From contig JASFEP010000003.1 in NCBI GenBank assembly GCA_050124775.1, forward strand, positions 1-41,097: DNA of 41,097 bases, read 5' to 3'. Both the position numbers and the translations under genes were made by a program. The stretch's first letter is position 1. Every line of letters begins with the position of its first letter. The notes under the pieces were generated by a model that worked only from the letters and a program-made list of their open reading frames with translations, was not told where the DNA came from and made no database searches. The DNA is from Candidatus Aminicenantes bacterium. Lineage in GTDB: Bacteria; Acidobacteriota; Aminicenantia; Aminicenantales; Aminicenantaceae. Shown piece after piece: positions 17,914 to 28,900 of this stretch.

Positions 17914-20121
17914 TCAATTGAAGAGGAAGGTCGTCTTGACCATAACAACCCGGTCCTTTAAATAACTCTGACCCCCTCCCTCGCGGGTCTCGTTGTAGAT
18001 AAAATAAACGTTCGCACCCGGTTTGTAGATCCATCGAATGAGGAAATTGCCCTTGAACACATCGTCATCATCGTTATACTGAAGATAAGCTTTAGCATAC
18101 AGATTTGGGGTGAAAGAATAGATAATTCTCGCGGCAGCGATGTTTGTGTTGAATTTTCCGCCATCCACCGGCAAGTTGAAATTGTTATAGTCATAGATGA
18201 ATTCGACATTGAGATGTTTGGAGAATTTGACGAAACCGCTGACGTTCAATCGGTAGAGATTCCCGTTGTAAAAATCCCCCAAGTAGGTGTTACCTCGAAC
18301 AGATATCTTTTTGCTCCGGTCAGACTGAAAGAATCCCGAGAAAAAGTTAAAACGATGAATGCCCTCGGGAATAAAAACATCCTCCCTGATCTCGAACGGT
18401 TCCTCCAGATACTCGTAGCTTCGCACATAGCCAAAGTATAGATTACTTCCGTTCTGGAAGAAATTGAATGAACCCAGGCTTTGAGACCTCGACTCCAACT
18501 GTCCCGAGTGATTCTCGAGATAGATGACATTAACAAAGAAATAACTCTGCCTGAGATTGAATATCTTCGGACGGGGACCGACACCAAAATCGGCGCGGAA
18601 TCTTCGCATGTCGGCTCTCGGAACATACCCCATCTCAGAGTTAAAATTCTCCCCTATATCCGTATAAACCAACCGCCCTAAGACAAAATCGGTGTTGTAG
18701 TTCATATCCAGATTCGCAGCCCAGTCTTTCCCTTCGAGATCTGGGCTGAACGTCTTCCCCAGAAATCCCTCTGCACGGAAAGACTGGCCGAAAGCCAGGT
18801 TAACATCGAAGACGGCTCCGCGATTGTAGTGCGAACTGTCGAGAGACTCTCGGCTAAGGACCATCGCCCCTATGGTGGATTTCTCTAAAAAATCCTTTTT
18901 CAGCCTAAAAACCGCATGGTTCATCCGCTCTATTCGGACATCCTCGTCATCGACAGTGTATGAAATCCTGTCGGTCAATATATCGAGAACCCCAAGGCTG
19001 TAGCCTCCTGTTTTTCCAGTGATTCTAAACCCTCCCATAACAGGAATTTCCTCACCATCTTCGGAGAGACCGATGGTCCTGCTGTAAAAGAATCGCATGC
19101 CCGGTGGTTCAAAAGGATCGAAGAGCTCACCCACATAAAAAAGATCCGCGCCCTCCAAAAAAAAACCTCTTTTTTCTGGGAAAAAGAGAGAGAACCGGGT
19201 CAGGTTGAACTGCTCAAGGTCTGCCTCGACCTGCGCAAAATCCGTGTTGATGGTCAAATCTGCTGTTATGTTGGATGTAAGCCGGTATTTGAAATCGAGC
19301 CCGATGTCTCCGGAGGCACTCAAGGAAGATTCGTCTTCCTCCTGAATCCCCCCCGCTATCACATAGGGAATCAGATGAAGCCGCTTGCCCTGTTTGAGTC
19401 CCTCAAACCCAGTGATATTGCCGAAATAAGAGATCCTGTATTTCCCGAAGTACCCTAGATCTCGAGAAATAGGTGCCCAATAAGCCTCTTCTCTCTTCCG
19501 TGCGATGTGTCGGCCGAAGTTGACGCCCCAAGTCTGTCGATCCGCGGTCTTAAACCGGAGTGTGAAAAAGGGAATGGCGATCTCGATCGTCCATCCACAC
19601 TCATCCCTCTGGGTCTTGGAATACCACAAACCATCCCAATCCCAATTGATTCGGCTGCCCTCCCCGCTGATCAGAGCATCCCTCCGCGCTCCCAGAGGAT
19701 TTGTCATAAAATAGGCCGCGTTCCGGTGATCGTGGTAGGTGTCCAAATAGATCTCGAAATAGTCATTATCCTGGAGGGGGGCATCCCTTCGCATCTCGCT
19801 GGCCACAATCTGATCCGGTTGGCTATCGTAGCAATTAACACCTATGTATAAATAGTCATCGTCATACAGGATGCGAACCTCGGTTGCTTCTGTAATGGGC
19901 TCTCCCTCCCGGGGTTCTCTCTGAGTGAGATCGCCGATCACTTCGGCCCTTTGCCAAGCCATATCGTCAAGCTTTCCGTCTACAATGATCGGTTCGGCCG
20001 CTCTTACAGCTCGAATCTTTAATTCTTCAGGCTGCTGGGAGAACAGGAGGAATGGGTAGAGAAACACCAAACCTATCGCTCCTGCTGAGTTTCTTCTCCA
20101 CATCTTCTTGCTCTGTCTCAT
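17914..20121 (-). CDS. CBM9-like plus DUF5916 outer-membrane protein
   Basis: VDGKLDD..W, TEVRILYDDDYLYIG, WTIEIAIPF, TINTDFAQVEAD, NLTRFSLFFPEKRGFFLEG; beta-strand-rich C-terminus. Confidence 0.85.
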   Translation of the reverse strand: MRQSKKMWRRNSAGAIGLVFLYPFLLFSQQPEELKIRAVRAAEPIIVDGKLDDMAWQRAEVIGDLTQREPREGEPITEATEVRILYDDDYLYIGVNCYDSQPDQIVASEMRRDAPLQDNDYFEIYLDTYHDHRNAAYFMTNPLGARRDALISGEGSRINWDWDGLWYSKTQRDECGWTIEIAIPFFTLRFKTADRQTWGVNFGRHIARKREEAYWAPISRDLGYFGKYRISYFGNITGFEGLKQGKRLHLIPYVIAGGIQEEDESSLSASGDIGLDFKYRLTSNITADLTINTDFAQVEADLEQFNLTRFSLFFPEKRGFFLEGADLFYVGELFDPFEPPGMRFFYSRTIGLSEDGEEIPVMGGFRITGKTGGYSLGVLDILTDRISYTVDDEDVRIERMNHAVFRLKKDFLEKSTIGAMVLSRESLDSSHYNRGAVFDVNLAFGQSFRAEGFLGKTFSPDLEGKDWAANLDMNYNTDFVLGRLVYTDIGENFNSEMGYVPRADMRRFRADFGVGPRPKIFNLRQSYFFVNVIYLENHSGQLESRSQSLGSFNFFQNGSNLYFGYVRSYEYLEEPFEIREDVFIPEGIHRFNFFSGFFQSDRSKKISVRGNTYLGDFYNGNLYRLNVSGFVKFSKHLNVEFIYDYNNFNLPVDGGKFNTNIAAARIIYSFTPNLYAKAYLQYNDDDDVFKGNFLIRWIYKPGANVYFIYNETREGGGQSYLKDRVVMVKTTFLFN

Positions 20122-20299
20122 GCCTTTTTAGCTCGGGAAATACAATTTCGATCGGAATAAATATTCCGGCCTCATTGATCGATCTTTGTAAGATACATCC
20201 AATGTTGTTCAGGATTTGTAGTATATACGCAGGCTGAATGATTAAGTTTGAGACGATAGGTCTCAGGTTTACTCCAAGAAAGGAACAGAATCCGCTATA

Positions 20300-21631
20300 C
20301 TAGACTGTTCGTTTGACCAGGTGGTGGATCCCCTCCAGCAGCATGTCTACGTGTTTTTGTGTGATGTAGAAATGGGTCGAGACACGGAGACCGTACGTGC
20401 CTTTCTCCCTGTTTCCGACAGTCCTGATCACGATGTTGTACTTTTCGCGCACATAATCGACAACATCTCTCGGCTCGATTCCCTCGATGGAAAAAGCGGT
20501 TAATCCTCCGCTGATGTAGGGATCCTCGGATGTGTGCAGCCGGACACCCGGAATTTTTTTGAGCTCTCTTTTCAAATACCCTGCCAGCGTTTTGATTCGT
20601 CTCTCGATCCTTTGTTTACCAATATGGTTTTGGAAATCGACAGCCTCGCCCAACGCGATGGTCAATGCGTCCGCTCTCTGTCCTACGGCCTCGAATTTCC
20701 TAGCGCTTGAGGAATTATCCCATCCTCCCGTGGCAAGAGTAGCCCAGACCTTATCGAGATGCTCTTTCTTGATATAGAGCACCCCCACCCCTGTGGGCGC
20801 GCCCAGCCACTTGTACGGACTGGTCGCAAAGAAATCGACATCCATCTCCTTCATGTCGAGGTCGAGCATGCCGATCCCGTGGGCGCTGTCGGCAAGGACA
20901 AGGACACCTTTTTCGTGAGCCATTTTGCACAACTCTTTGAGCGGCGAGATCAGGCCGGATATGTAGACGGTGTGGCTGATGCTGATGACCTTTGTTTTGG
21001 GAGTGATATACTTTTCGAAACCGGAAACGAACTCATCCACGCTCGCGGGAGGCAAACCTATGGGCGCGTACACGATTTTGATGCCGTACCGTTTTTCTTT
21101 AAGATTCCAAGGATGAGTTCCCCCGGGATGCTCCATCGTAGAGAGGATGACCTCGTCTCCCTCTTTGAGATCCAGGCCGTTGGCAATAAAATTCATTCCC
21201 TCAGTGGTGTTGCGGGTGATGGCGACCTCCTCCGGCTCCGCATGAATGAACTCGGCGACTTTTCTGCGCACTTCCTCTTTTTTTCTCGGAATGTACGCAT
21301 ACGTATCATACGGGTTCGTGGCCTGGACCTTGAAGGTTTTCATCAACGTGTTGAATACCGGTTTGGGCATGGGTCCTACGGTCCCGTTGTTCATCATGAT
21401 AACCCCGTCCTGAAAGAGAAAATGTCTTCTGACCGCATTCCAATACACTCCGTCCGGCGATTCATCCTCGATGTATTTCGCGTTCAAGGATGTAATACTC
21501 TGGTATACTGAGGCATTCAACCTGTTCAAGGCCGCGACTGAAAGAGTCGAGCCGATAAGACAATATTTAACAAAATCTCTTCTGGAAAATCCCTCGAACC
21601 TTTCATTTTTGTGCTTTGATATTTGGTCCAT
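20300..21631 (-). CDS. Tat-signal class V PLP-dependent enzyme (isopenicillin N epimerase / C-S lyase-like)
   Basis: SRRDFVK; MNNGTVG, RNTTEG, EHPG, DSAH, TSPYKW (PLP Lys) and LRVSTH motifs. Confidence 0.9.
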   Translation of the reverse strand: MDQISKHKNERFEGFSRRDFVKYCLIGSTLSVAALNRLNASVYQSITSLNAKYIEDESPDGVYWNAVRRHFLFQDGVIMMNNGTVGPMPKPVFNTLMKTFKVQATNPYDTYAYIPRKKEEVRRKVAEFIHAEPEEVAITRNTTEGMNFIANGLDLKEGDEVILSTMEHPGGTHPWNLKEKRYGIKIVYAPIGLPPASVDEFVSGFEKYITPKTKVISISHTVYISGLISPLKELCKMAHEKGVLVLADSAHGIGMLDLDMKEMDVDFFATSPYKWLGAPTGVGVLYIKKEHLDKVWATLATGGWDNSSSARKFEAVGQRADALTIALGEAVDFQNHIGKQRIERRIKTLAGYLKRELKKIPGVRLHTSEDPYISGGLTAFSIEGIEPRDVVDYVREKYNIVIRTVGNREKGTYGLRVSTHFYITQKHVDMLLEGIHHLVKRTV

Positions 21632-21705
21632 AAACCTGTCCTCCTCTCCACTGTTAAACTAAAACTTTAGTATTTTGTTTGACAGACAGTTCGCGATTGC
21701 TCGCG

Positions 21706-22659
21706 CTATATCTTGACCTCTGCGATTTTGACTTTATTAAGGCTCATCTCACCCAGACCGTGATCATGGGCCATCTTGATCTGGAAGATGTCTTCGGGCT
21801 TTAGCCCCCACAGGGTGCAGCAATAAGCATCCATGGCCACCCGGTCCTGACCGGCCACGACTTTTTGCGGCTTTGTGATCTCGCCCGGGCCCATCGGACC
21901 GTTGGTGATGATAAACTCTGTGGCATCCACAACACACAGTGTGGGAAGAATCACGGTGTTGAGATCCGCGATGCATTGGTCAAGGTGTTTGATGTCATTG
22001 ATCTCTGTTTTCCACCCGGGTTTGTGGAAATTCTCTCTGTTATTTTTACGATGATTCAATCCCATCATATTTTTCATCGTTCCCGTGAATTTGTTTCCAG
22101 CGTGGTCCTTCGTGATGGGGATGTCGATGAACACATCATTGTTATAAAATTCCTTCATGATCATCGCCTCTTTGAGGGCCCGTCCCATCGGCACTTTGGC
22201 GGGCTTGAAGTTCGCCTCATCGCTTGCAACCAGTTTTAAGTTGGCTCCCTCTTCCTTCAACACAGCTCCGAGCCCGGTCTTTTCCCAATTTTCCATCGTT
22301 AGCCAGGACAGACAGTTGACCTCTTCGGCGCCTGCCTTTTTACACATCTGGACGATGGCACGGACGATCTCGGGTTTAGTGAACGTCCCGGGATGCCATC
22401 TCTGGACGTTGGGAAGAATGGCAACTCTTGCGCCCTTAGGAATGAAGTGGTCCATTCCCCCGAGAAGTTCGACAGCTTTCATGGTGTTCGCATAATAATC
22501 GGCCCCCTCAACGACAGCGATATCATGCGCTCCGTGGGCCATGGCAAGTGCTTTTGGGACATGAACGAAATGACCGAGGGCTGTCCCGCCCACCGCAGCA
22601 GTCAGACCATATTGGGCACTTTTTTTGATGAATTCTCTTCGTCCTATTTTATTCCCCAT
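21706..22659 (-). CDS. Tat-signal DUF362-domain protein
   Basis: GRREFIK; VAILPN, IDIPITKDH, TGTMKNMMG and DRVAMD motifs. Confidence 0.88.
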   Translation of the reverse strand: MGNKIGRREFIKKSAQYGLTAAVGGTALGHFVHVPKALAMAHGAHDIAVVEGADYYANTMKAVELLGGMDHFIPKGARVAILPNVQRWHPGTFTKPEIVRAIVQMCKKAGAEEVNCLSWLTMENWEKTGLGAVLKEEGANLKLVASDEANFKPAKVPMGRALKEAMIMKEFYNNDVFIDIPITKDHAGNKFTGTMKNMMGLNHRKNNRENFHKPGWKTEINDIKHLDQCIADLNTVILPTLCVVDATEFIITNGPMGPGEITKPQKVVAGQDRVAMDAYCCTLWGLKPEDIFQIKMAHDHGLGEMSLNKVKIAEVKI

Positions 22660-22753
22660 GAGTCCTCCTTTCGAAATTCAATAAATATTATTCAAATCTT
22701 TATTGGGATAATATAATACAAAATCCGAAAGTGCAAATTCTTTCATCGGGATA

Positions 22754-23620
22754 TCAGGAAGTTGAAGGGCTGTCGAAGAACTTCGATCCCTTGAGAATGA
22801 TACTCCCCTTGTCGACTTTGATGTGATCTGCGATAACACGACACTTGGTTTTCAAGAGAAAAAAGATCGGGCGGTTCTCTTCGGACAGTCCCTCAAAATT
22901 CCCCTGACCTTTGCTTATGATAAATTCCGCAGCCTCATAGATCTTGAGAAATTCATCCGAACAGAAAGGCAAAATATTTCCTGGTGCGTCCGACCCCGAA
23001 GATATTATGTCTGCTACCTTATCTATGCCGGCCGCGACGGCATCTTCCCTGAGAGCATCGTTGATGACAGGCTGCTCCCGCACCACATAGATCACAGGTT
23101 TTCCGAGTTCTTCGATGAGAACGCGGTCGAACACCGTTTCTCCCGCGTTATCTGCGATGTAAAGAACGTCTCTAGCCTGAGCTAAGGCTCTCTTGAAGAG
23201 CTTATAGTGATCGATGGCAAATCTCTGATCGAGGATGGATTCGAGGTCTTTCTCCAGGTCGAAAGGCATGTTGGACCCAAAATCGATCACATTTCCGGCG
23301 ATGGCGATCCGGATAGCTATTCTCAAAGGATCCTCCGACGACCGCACCCTCTCCTTCAGCCCCGGATAAAGAGCGAGAGCCTGTTGTGTGCATCGTTCCT
23401 TGATCTCTCTATAGGGGTCTTCGTTCCCGGTCAATCGCGATACGATCCTGTAAACTTCCCTGCCGATCTCTGGGGGTGTGGCCCCCGGAGGTATCTTCGG
23501 CAATAGTGTGCTAACCTCGAGCAAAATCCTATGGATCGTGTCTTCATTTGCGCCGATCATCCGGGCCGTGTTGAGCGCCTGCTGGAAAAAACACGGATAG
23601 CAGTCCAGGTAGATTTTCAT
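22754..23620 (-). CDS. DUF89 / ARMT1-like damage-control phosphatase
   Basis: DCYPC, EDPY, AIAGNVIDF, DNAGETVFD, INDA and SKGQGNFE motifs. Confidence 0.92.
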   Translation of the reverse strand: MKIYLDCYPCFFQQALNTARMIGANEDTIHRILLEVSTLLPKIPPGATPPEIGREVYRIVSRLTGNEDPYREIKERCTQQALALYPGLKERVRSSEDPLRIAIRIAIAGNVIDFGSNMPFDLEKDLESILDQRFAIDHYKLFKRALAQARDVLYIADNAGETVFDRVLIEELGKPVIYVVREQPVINDALREDAVAAGIDKVADIISSGSDAPGNILPFCSDEFLKIYEAAEFIISKGQGNFEGLSEENRPIFFLLKTKCRVIADHIKVDKGSIILKGSKFFDSPSTS

Positions 23621-23657
23621 ATCCAGACGATTATATCACTCATGATGCAAATACTCA

Positions 23658-23901
23658 TCAATCAAATCCGATCGTAGGCATTTCGCGGTTGAAGGAAGGA
23701 CGTTGCTTTTTTATGTGAATCCCAAAACAGAGATGAGAAAACGAACGAGCCAAAAAATCAGAAATGCTATACAGGAGCGAGAATGTGTCCAAAAACTCCG
23801 GCACCTCCTCGCTAGAAGGTGAAAGAAGGATGGAGAGATGATAAAAACATGAAGAAAAATAAAATCAAAAGCAGAAGAATAACAAACATCTTTTTACTCA
23901 T
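23658..23901 (-). pseudogene. Small membrane-protein gene, apparently frameshifted (29-aa peptide as written; ~80 aa if one T is removed)
   Basis: ATG 23901 with AGGGGG RBS gives MSKKMFVILLLLILFFFMFLSSLHPSFTF* (stop 23812); the adjacent frame stays open to 23658; lies just downstream of a sigma54 promoter. Confidence 0.4.
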
Positions 23902-23985
23902 AAGATCCCCCTGGTTGTCCTTTTTGCCCTCCGCCCAGAATAATTTTCACAATCCAGCTATCGATGTATCAACCGAATGGATGAG

Positions 23986-24001
23986 AGCAAAATTTATGCC
24001 A
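23986..24001 (-). promoter_or_regulatory. sigma54 (-24/-12) promoter
   Basis: TGGCATAAATTTTGCT on the minus strand (GG-N10-GC). Confidence 0.75.
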
Positions 24002-24061
24002 TATTCAAAAAACGGATATCCCCAAGACAATAAGACTCGAAGGGTAAAATTTGATCCCACC

Positions 24062-24078
24062 CGTAAACAATATTTACA
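24062..24078. promoter_or_regulatory. Putative enhancer (UAS) for a sigma54 activator
   Basis: CGTAAA-CAATA-TTTACA; the same palindrome occurs upstream of the other sigma54 promoters. Confidence 0.65.
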
Positions 24079-24108
24079 ATAATAGAATAAGAGGGAGCGT
24101 TAAAAGTA

Positions 24109-25701
24109 TCATCTGTCCTCCTTAAACTCCAAAACCTCAAGCTTCAGCTTCCCAATGATTTCAGACATGGCCTGGCCCATTTCCTGGAAGATTCCCTCAT
24201 CCAAAGCACTGTCACCCAATTTGATATGGGTGGCATCCGTGTAATATTCACCGCTTTTTTTATCAACGGCCAACCATTTGGCATCCAGTCCCACCCACTC
24301 GCCCACATAGACCTCGGGCCACATGTGATAGGCAAAAATCCCTTCCCCGTACATAACCCCGACTGCAGCCCTCGCCGGTATCCCCACAGAACGGCAGAGT
24401 GCAACCATCAATACGGTGTGCTCCGAACAGTCCCCCTCCCGATTTTCGAGGACCTCTTTGGCCGTGGCGAATCCCACGTCATAGTTGGGTTCTATCTGCT
24501 GATTCACCCATTCGGCGATCTTTTTCGATGCCGCCCAGGAATTCCGCTCACTCCCGATGATAGACCTGGCGATCTGAAGGATATCCGGGTCGTCGGACTG
24601 GCAGAATGTTGTGGGAGCCAAATACTCGACAAACTCCTCGCCATCGACAGGGAAAGGTATGGCATCCTTTTCGATAAACACCAAAGACTGCGTCTGAACA
24701 GTCGCGTAATCGTCCTTGACCTCCAAAAGCTTCTGACTGCGGCCTACAAAGGGAATACCTCTGACCTTCTCCAGAGAGATGCCGCTGACTCTAAAAGTGA
24801 CCATTTGAACCTCTTGGGGTCGGGGAAACTCAACATTCGAGTTTATCAGCACCGAAAAAGCGATATCCAAATTTTCCTCGGACAACTCCAACGCCTTATC
24901 CTTAGGCATGCGAATAGAAGTCGTATGCAGAAATCCTGCGTCACTGACGGATTTCCATATCTCGCCTTGCTCATCGATCCACTCATCCATGAGGATTGGG
25001 AAGACCTCGGTCATCTCGGTGCGGACATGCCAGAGAGACCTCTGCTCTCCCAACAGAAGCACGGATTCTTTCTCTATGACCTCGAAGGAAACATCGATAA
25101 GCGACCGGGTGAGGGGCTCCAGAATTTTGAAGGTGTATTCCCTTCCAGGATTCAGCCCATGCTCTTCGATGATCTTATCAAGAGGAACACCAAACTCGAA
25201 TTTTTCAGAGTAAGGCAATTCCTTGGAGAGCTTATCTCCGGAAAAAAATACGATTCTCTCGGGCTTGACCTCTGCCCGAATGACAGTTTCGGTCTGAGAG
25301 AGCTTTGTGCGGATGATCGTCTCCACGGGATTTCCCTCAGCGTCATACAAAGAATCTTGAGCCGTCGAGATCTCAACAGGATCGCTTCCCAAACGAGTGA
25401 CTTTCAGAAAAGACTCCTGGATACTCTTTGTGTATGTCTTCCCATTTTGGACGACATCGAACTCCCTGCTGTGGCTGTAACCGACCTTCACACCTTCCAT
25501 GTATACGCCCATCCAGATTTCTTTGACAGTACCGGTCTCATCCGCTCGAACTTTTGTCTCAAGAGACTCTGTTGACAGCACGGCCGAACAGGGTATTCCT
25601 GACTGCTCTGTATGTATGTTTCCCATAAAAACGACAATGGTCAGCAACACTCCCATTAAGGGGAGTGTATGTCTTTGAAAAGGGAGCTTTGCCATACTCA
25701 T
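24109..25701 (-). CDS. Exported transglutaminase-like (Cys-His-Asp) protein
   Basis: EGDCSEHTVLMVALCRSVGIPAR, HMWPEVY and WVGLDA motifs; N-terminal hydrophobic segment. Confidence 0.88.
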   Translation of the reverse strand: MSMAKLPFQRHTLPLMGVLLTIVVFMGNIHTEQSGIPCSAVLSTESLETKVRADETGTVKEIWMGVYMEGVKVGYSHSREFDVVQNGKTYTKSIQESFLKVTRLGSDPVEISTAQDSLYDAEGNPVETIIRTKLSQTETVIRAEVKPERIVFFSGDKLSKELPYSEKFEFGVPLDKIIEEHGLNPGREYTFKILEPLTRSLIDVSFEVIEKESVLLLGEQRSLWHVRTEMTEVFPILMDEWIDEQGEIWKSVSDAGFLHTTSIRMPKDKALELSEENLDIAFSVLINSNVEFPRPQEVQMVTFRVSGISLEKVRGIPFVGRSQKLLEVKDDYATVQTQSLVFIEKDAIPFPVDGEEFVEYLAPTTFCQSDDPDILQIARSIIGSERNSWAASKKIAEWVNQQIEPNYDVGFATAKEVLENREGDCSEHTVLMVALCRSVGIPARAAVGVMYGEGIFAYHMWPEVYVGEWVGLDAKWLAVDKKSGEYYTDATHIKLGDSALDEGIFQEMGQAMSEIIGKLKLEVLEFKEDR

Positions 25702-25942
25702 CTCCTATAGACGATCTTTCGTATCTATCCGTCCTCTCAACGTTACTATACCAAAAACTGGTCGAAATTGATCCATCCGAATCATCTGGGCCCAATTTTT
25801 CTTAAGGAAAAACGTTGGCTACCATGTTTCGTTCGATATCATCGCAATCACCCGGTGCGCACCCAGGGGAAAGCCAACAGAAATTCTGGGGGATGAAATG
25901 AGGGAGTCGGATCTCCTTGGCAAAAATGCGCGGATATTCGAC

Positions 25943-28900
25943 TCAGAATGTCAGTCGCAAACTGACTTTCACGACCCTGCTACCGTAGGCAGCAGTGATA
26001 TCGCCATAATTGCTATACCTTTTGAACACAGGATTTTCAGGATCCCTATAATCCAAATAGCCGCCTGGGTCTGAATCAATCTTATACCCGCTCCAGCCGA
26101 AAGCATTTAAAATATCGATATATCCTCCAAGAAGCAATGTATCCGAAATCCGGAATCTCTTTTCGATCCTGAGATCCAGAGTCGTCAGCGGCGCTGTACG
26201 CCTTGTTCCCACCTCTTCTGTGATCACTTGGTAACCCTGTCCCGGGAATAGATATCGCTTATCCTCTGGAATATAGACCCACACGCTCCTGGCCCATGGA
26301 GCACCTGACAGATGACTGAGGTAACCGCTGAGAATAAAATCCTGGGGGAGGATGATCGTGCTCTGGATCTTGATGTTCAGCGGCCTGTCGTAATCCAACC
26401 TTCCTTCAGGAAATATGAGGGAATTGGGTGTATCGTAATTCTGGGAGGCGCCGCCCGTCTCAGAGTATCGCCCTCCGATATTCCCCCATGCTTTGCTCCA
26501 AACCAGAGATGCGAGAATCTGCCATCTGTGGGACATTCTTTTATTGAGGACAAACTGAAGAGCGGCATATTTTCGGAAGCCCACATCCAGATTTGTGTAA
26601 AACCAGTGTCTGCCCCCTGGCGAAGTGGCGAGCTCTGCATAACAGAATGACGTCTTGTCGTCATCCGTACCGAACAATCCATCGTCTCCGGGATCGTTGA
26701 ACGTGAACTCCTCCCAGTAAGGACTGTCAGACCTGTAGCCCTTCCATGCTTGACTTTTGCCGAGTCCATAGTCGTTGACATCCTCGAAAATATTCGACTT
26801 ATTTTTGTAGATCAGCGTGATCCCAGCACTGAAACTCCTCGCCAACTCCCTCTCGATTCCCAGAGTGAACTCATCGGTGTATGGGGCCGATGACTCGGAA
26901 TCCAGCACACTTTCCAGGTCGTAAACGTAAGGGCTATCCGGCAGATCATAGATCTCGTAGCCGTCATCTGCATCTGGCAATTTGTTATAGTTTTCGTCGT
27001 ACCAGTACCAGGCCCCAACCCGAGGATAGAGGGGATTCAACGCGTTAAAGTACTGGACCATGAGATACTCGTTATACCTCGACCAGGATCCCCTGATAGA
27101 GGTTTTTCCATCTCCGAAAATATCGTATGAGAAGCCGATGCGCGGCGAAAAATGTGTCCAAGTCAGAATATTGCGGCCCTCGAATTCATAGGAGCCGTAA
27201 GGAGATTGCTCTCCCAGTCCTGGCAAAATTTGAAGGATTCCGTAGGGATCGGCGGTGGCCTCTTTGCTTTGCTTCGGAAAACGGCCTGTGCTGGTGTCGA
27301 AACGCAGGCCGAGATTTAGTGTCAGCCGCTCGTTGAGGGAGAGAGTATCCTGAAAAAAAGCGCCAAATCTTTTTTTAGAGTCTTCCTCGATGGAGGACGA
27401 GATAGTGGGCCCGCAAGTATAGATGGTAACAAATCCCCTGTTCGGTGAGAGAGATGTGGGGTAGGAATAAATATTTCCGTCAAAATAATCGAATCGCACG
27501 GGATTTCCTCTCCACCAATCCCATTTACTGGCGACCCATTCATATTCCAAGCCAACCTTGATCTCGTGGTTTGTTCCGAAAAGATCGTCCGCAAAAAGCG
27601 TAACCATCATAGATGGATTGAGTCTTTTTCGCGTATATTCTTCCTGAAACCTGGAATTATTCCGGTAGATTCCCCAATAACGGTCCCAGAATTGAGGGGC
27701 ATCCTCCAGGGCGTAATCACTGAAGGGCAAAGGAAAATAACGATAATTGTAACCTATCCTGATGTCCATGAAGTAATTCTGGCTCGTGACCCAATTCACC
27801 TGAAAGCTCAGGGTGTGACCCTTCTCTCCATCCCAACGCGATGTCGCAGTTCTATCCGTATAACTCGAAAGCCGATGCGTGTAGTAATCTTCGGTGATGT
27901 TCGCCAGATTATACATGCCCATAAGACGGATCTCGGGAGTGAGCTGGAAGGTCAATTTTCCAAAAATATTTGTCTCCTCATGAGGGCCTTGCTCCTGTGT
28001 GTACACCCGTTCACGGCTCATGATGGTGTCGTCCCAAGACACGAGATTGAAATCTTGTGTCCACGTGTAATAACGGCCGTTCGCAAAAAACCAGATGCGG
28101 TCTCTTGCAATGGGGCCGCCCAAGTACATCGAAATATCGCTCCAGGAGCTTCGCCCCATCGGCTTCTCCATTCCAATGGACTTGAGATCTTCCTGGCTTA
28201 TCAGGCTCTCGGTCATTGTGTCATTGAAATATTCTGCTGTGAAACCCCCATGGTAATCATTGCCCCCTGATTTTGTCACAATGTTCACGAATCCTCCGTC
28301 AGCCAATCCCACATCCGCCGGATGACCGTAAAGGCCAAATTCCACCTCTTCGTAAACATCGATATTGATATTCGTCATAGGATACATGACGACAGGGTCG
28401 TTGATAGTGACACCATCCACAGAATATTGGTTGCCCCGGACAGTCCCCCCCGAAATAAAAGAAGTTCTCCTGTAATCCACATTTTCAGACACAGCTCCGG
28501 GGATGGAGTTGAGAACATCATACAGGTCTCGCGACATAGGAATGTGATAAATAAAATCTCTGGCATAGTTGACCGACGTCTTCGACGATCTGACATCGAC
28601 AACAGGTGAAAAACCGACCACAGTGACATCCTCTTCCAAACCTCCCATTTCCATAACGATGGATACAGACAATGTTTTGCCGACATTCACGCGCAATCCG
28701 CTCCGGGTAACGCTTTTAAAGCCCAGCACCTCAAAAGTTAGCTCATAATCATCACCGGGGGGTAACGTCGGAAAGCGGAAAATACCCGTTTCAGTTGTGA
28801 CGAACCTCAAAGGGTAGGGCAAAGCTTTCCCCTCTATTTTGACCGTAACACCGGGAAGAGGTCGGTCTTCCACATCGACCACTTTTCCGATTACGGAGCC

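Noticed and set aside
23819-24082. 87-aa plus-strand ORF
   Set aside because: Its Lys-rich start mirrors the hydrophobic minus-strand peptide, and it overlaps a promoter and enhancer
24226-25575. 449-aa plus-strand ORF, and similar long antisense ORFs such as 11098-11925, 20759-21511 and 27566-28270
   Set aside because: Antisense shadows of well-supported genes; no motifs
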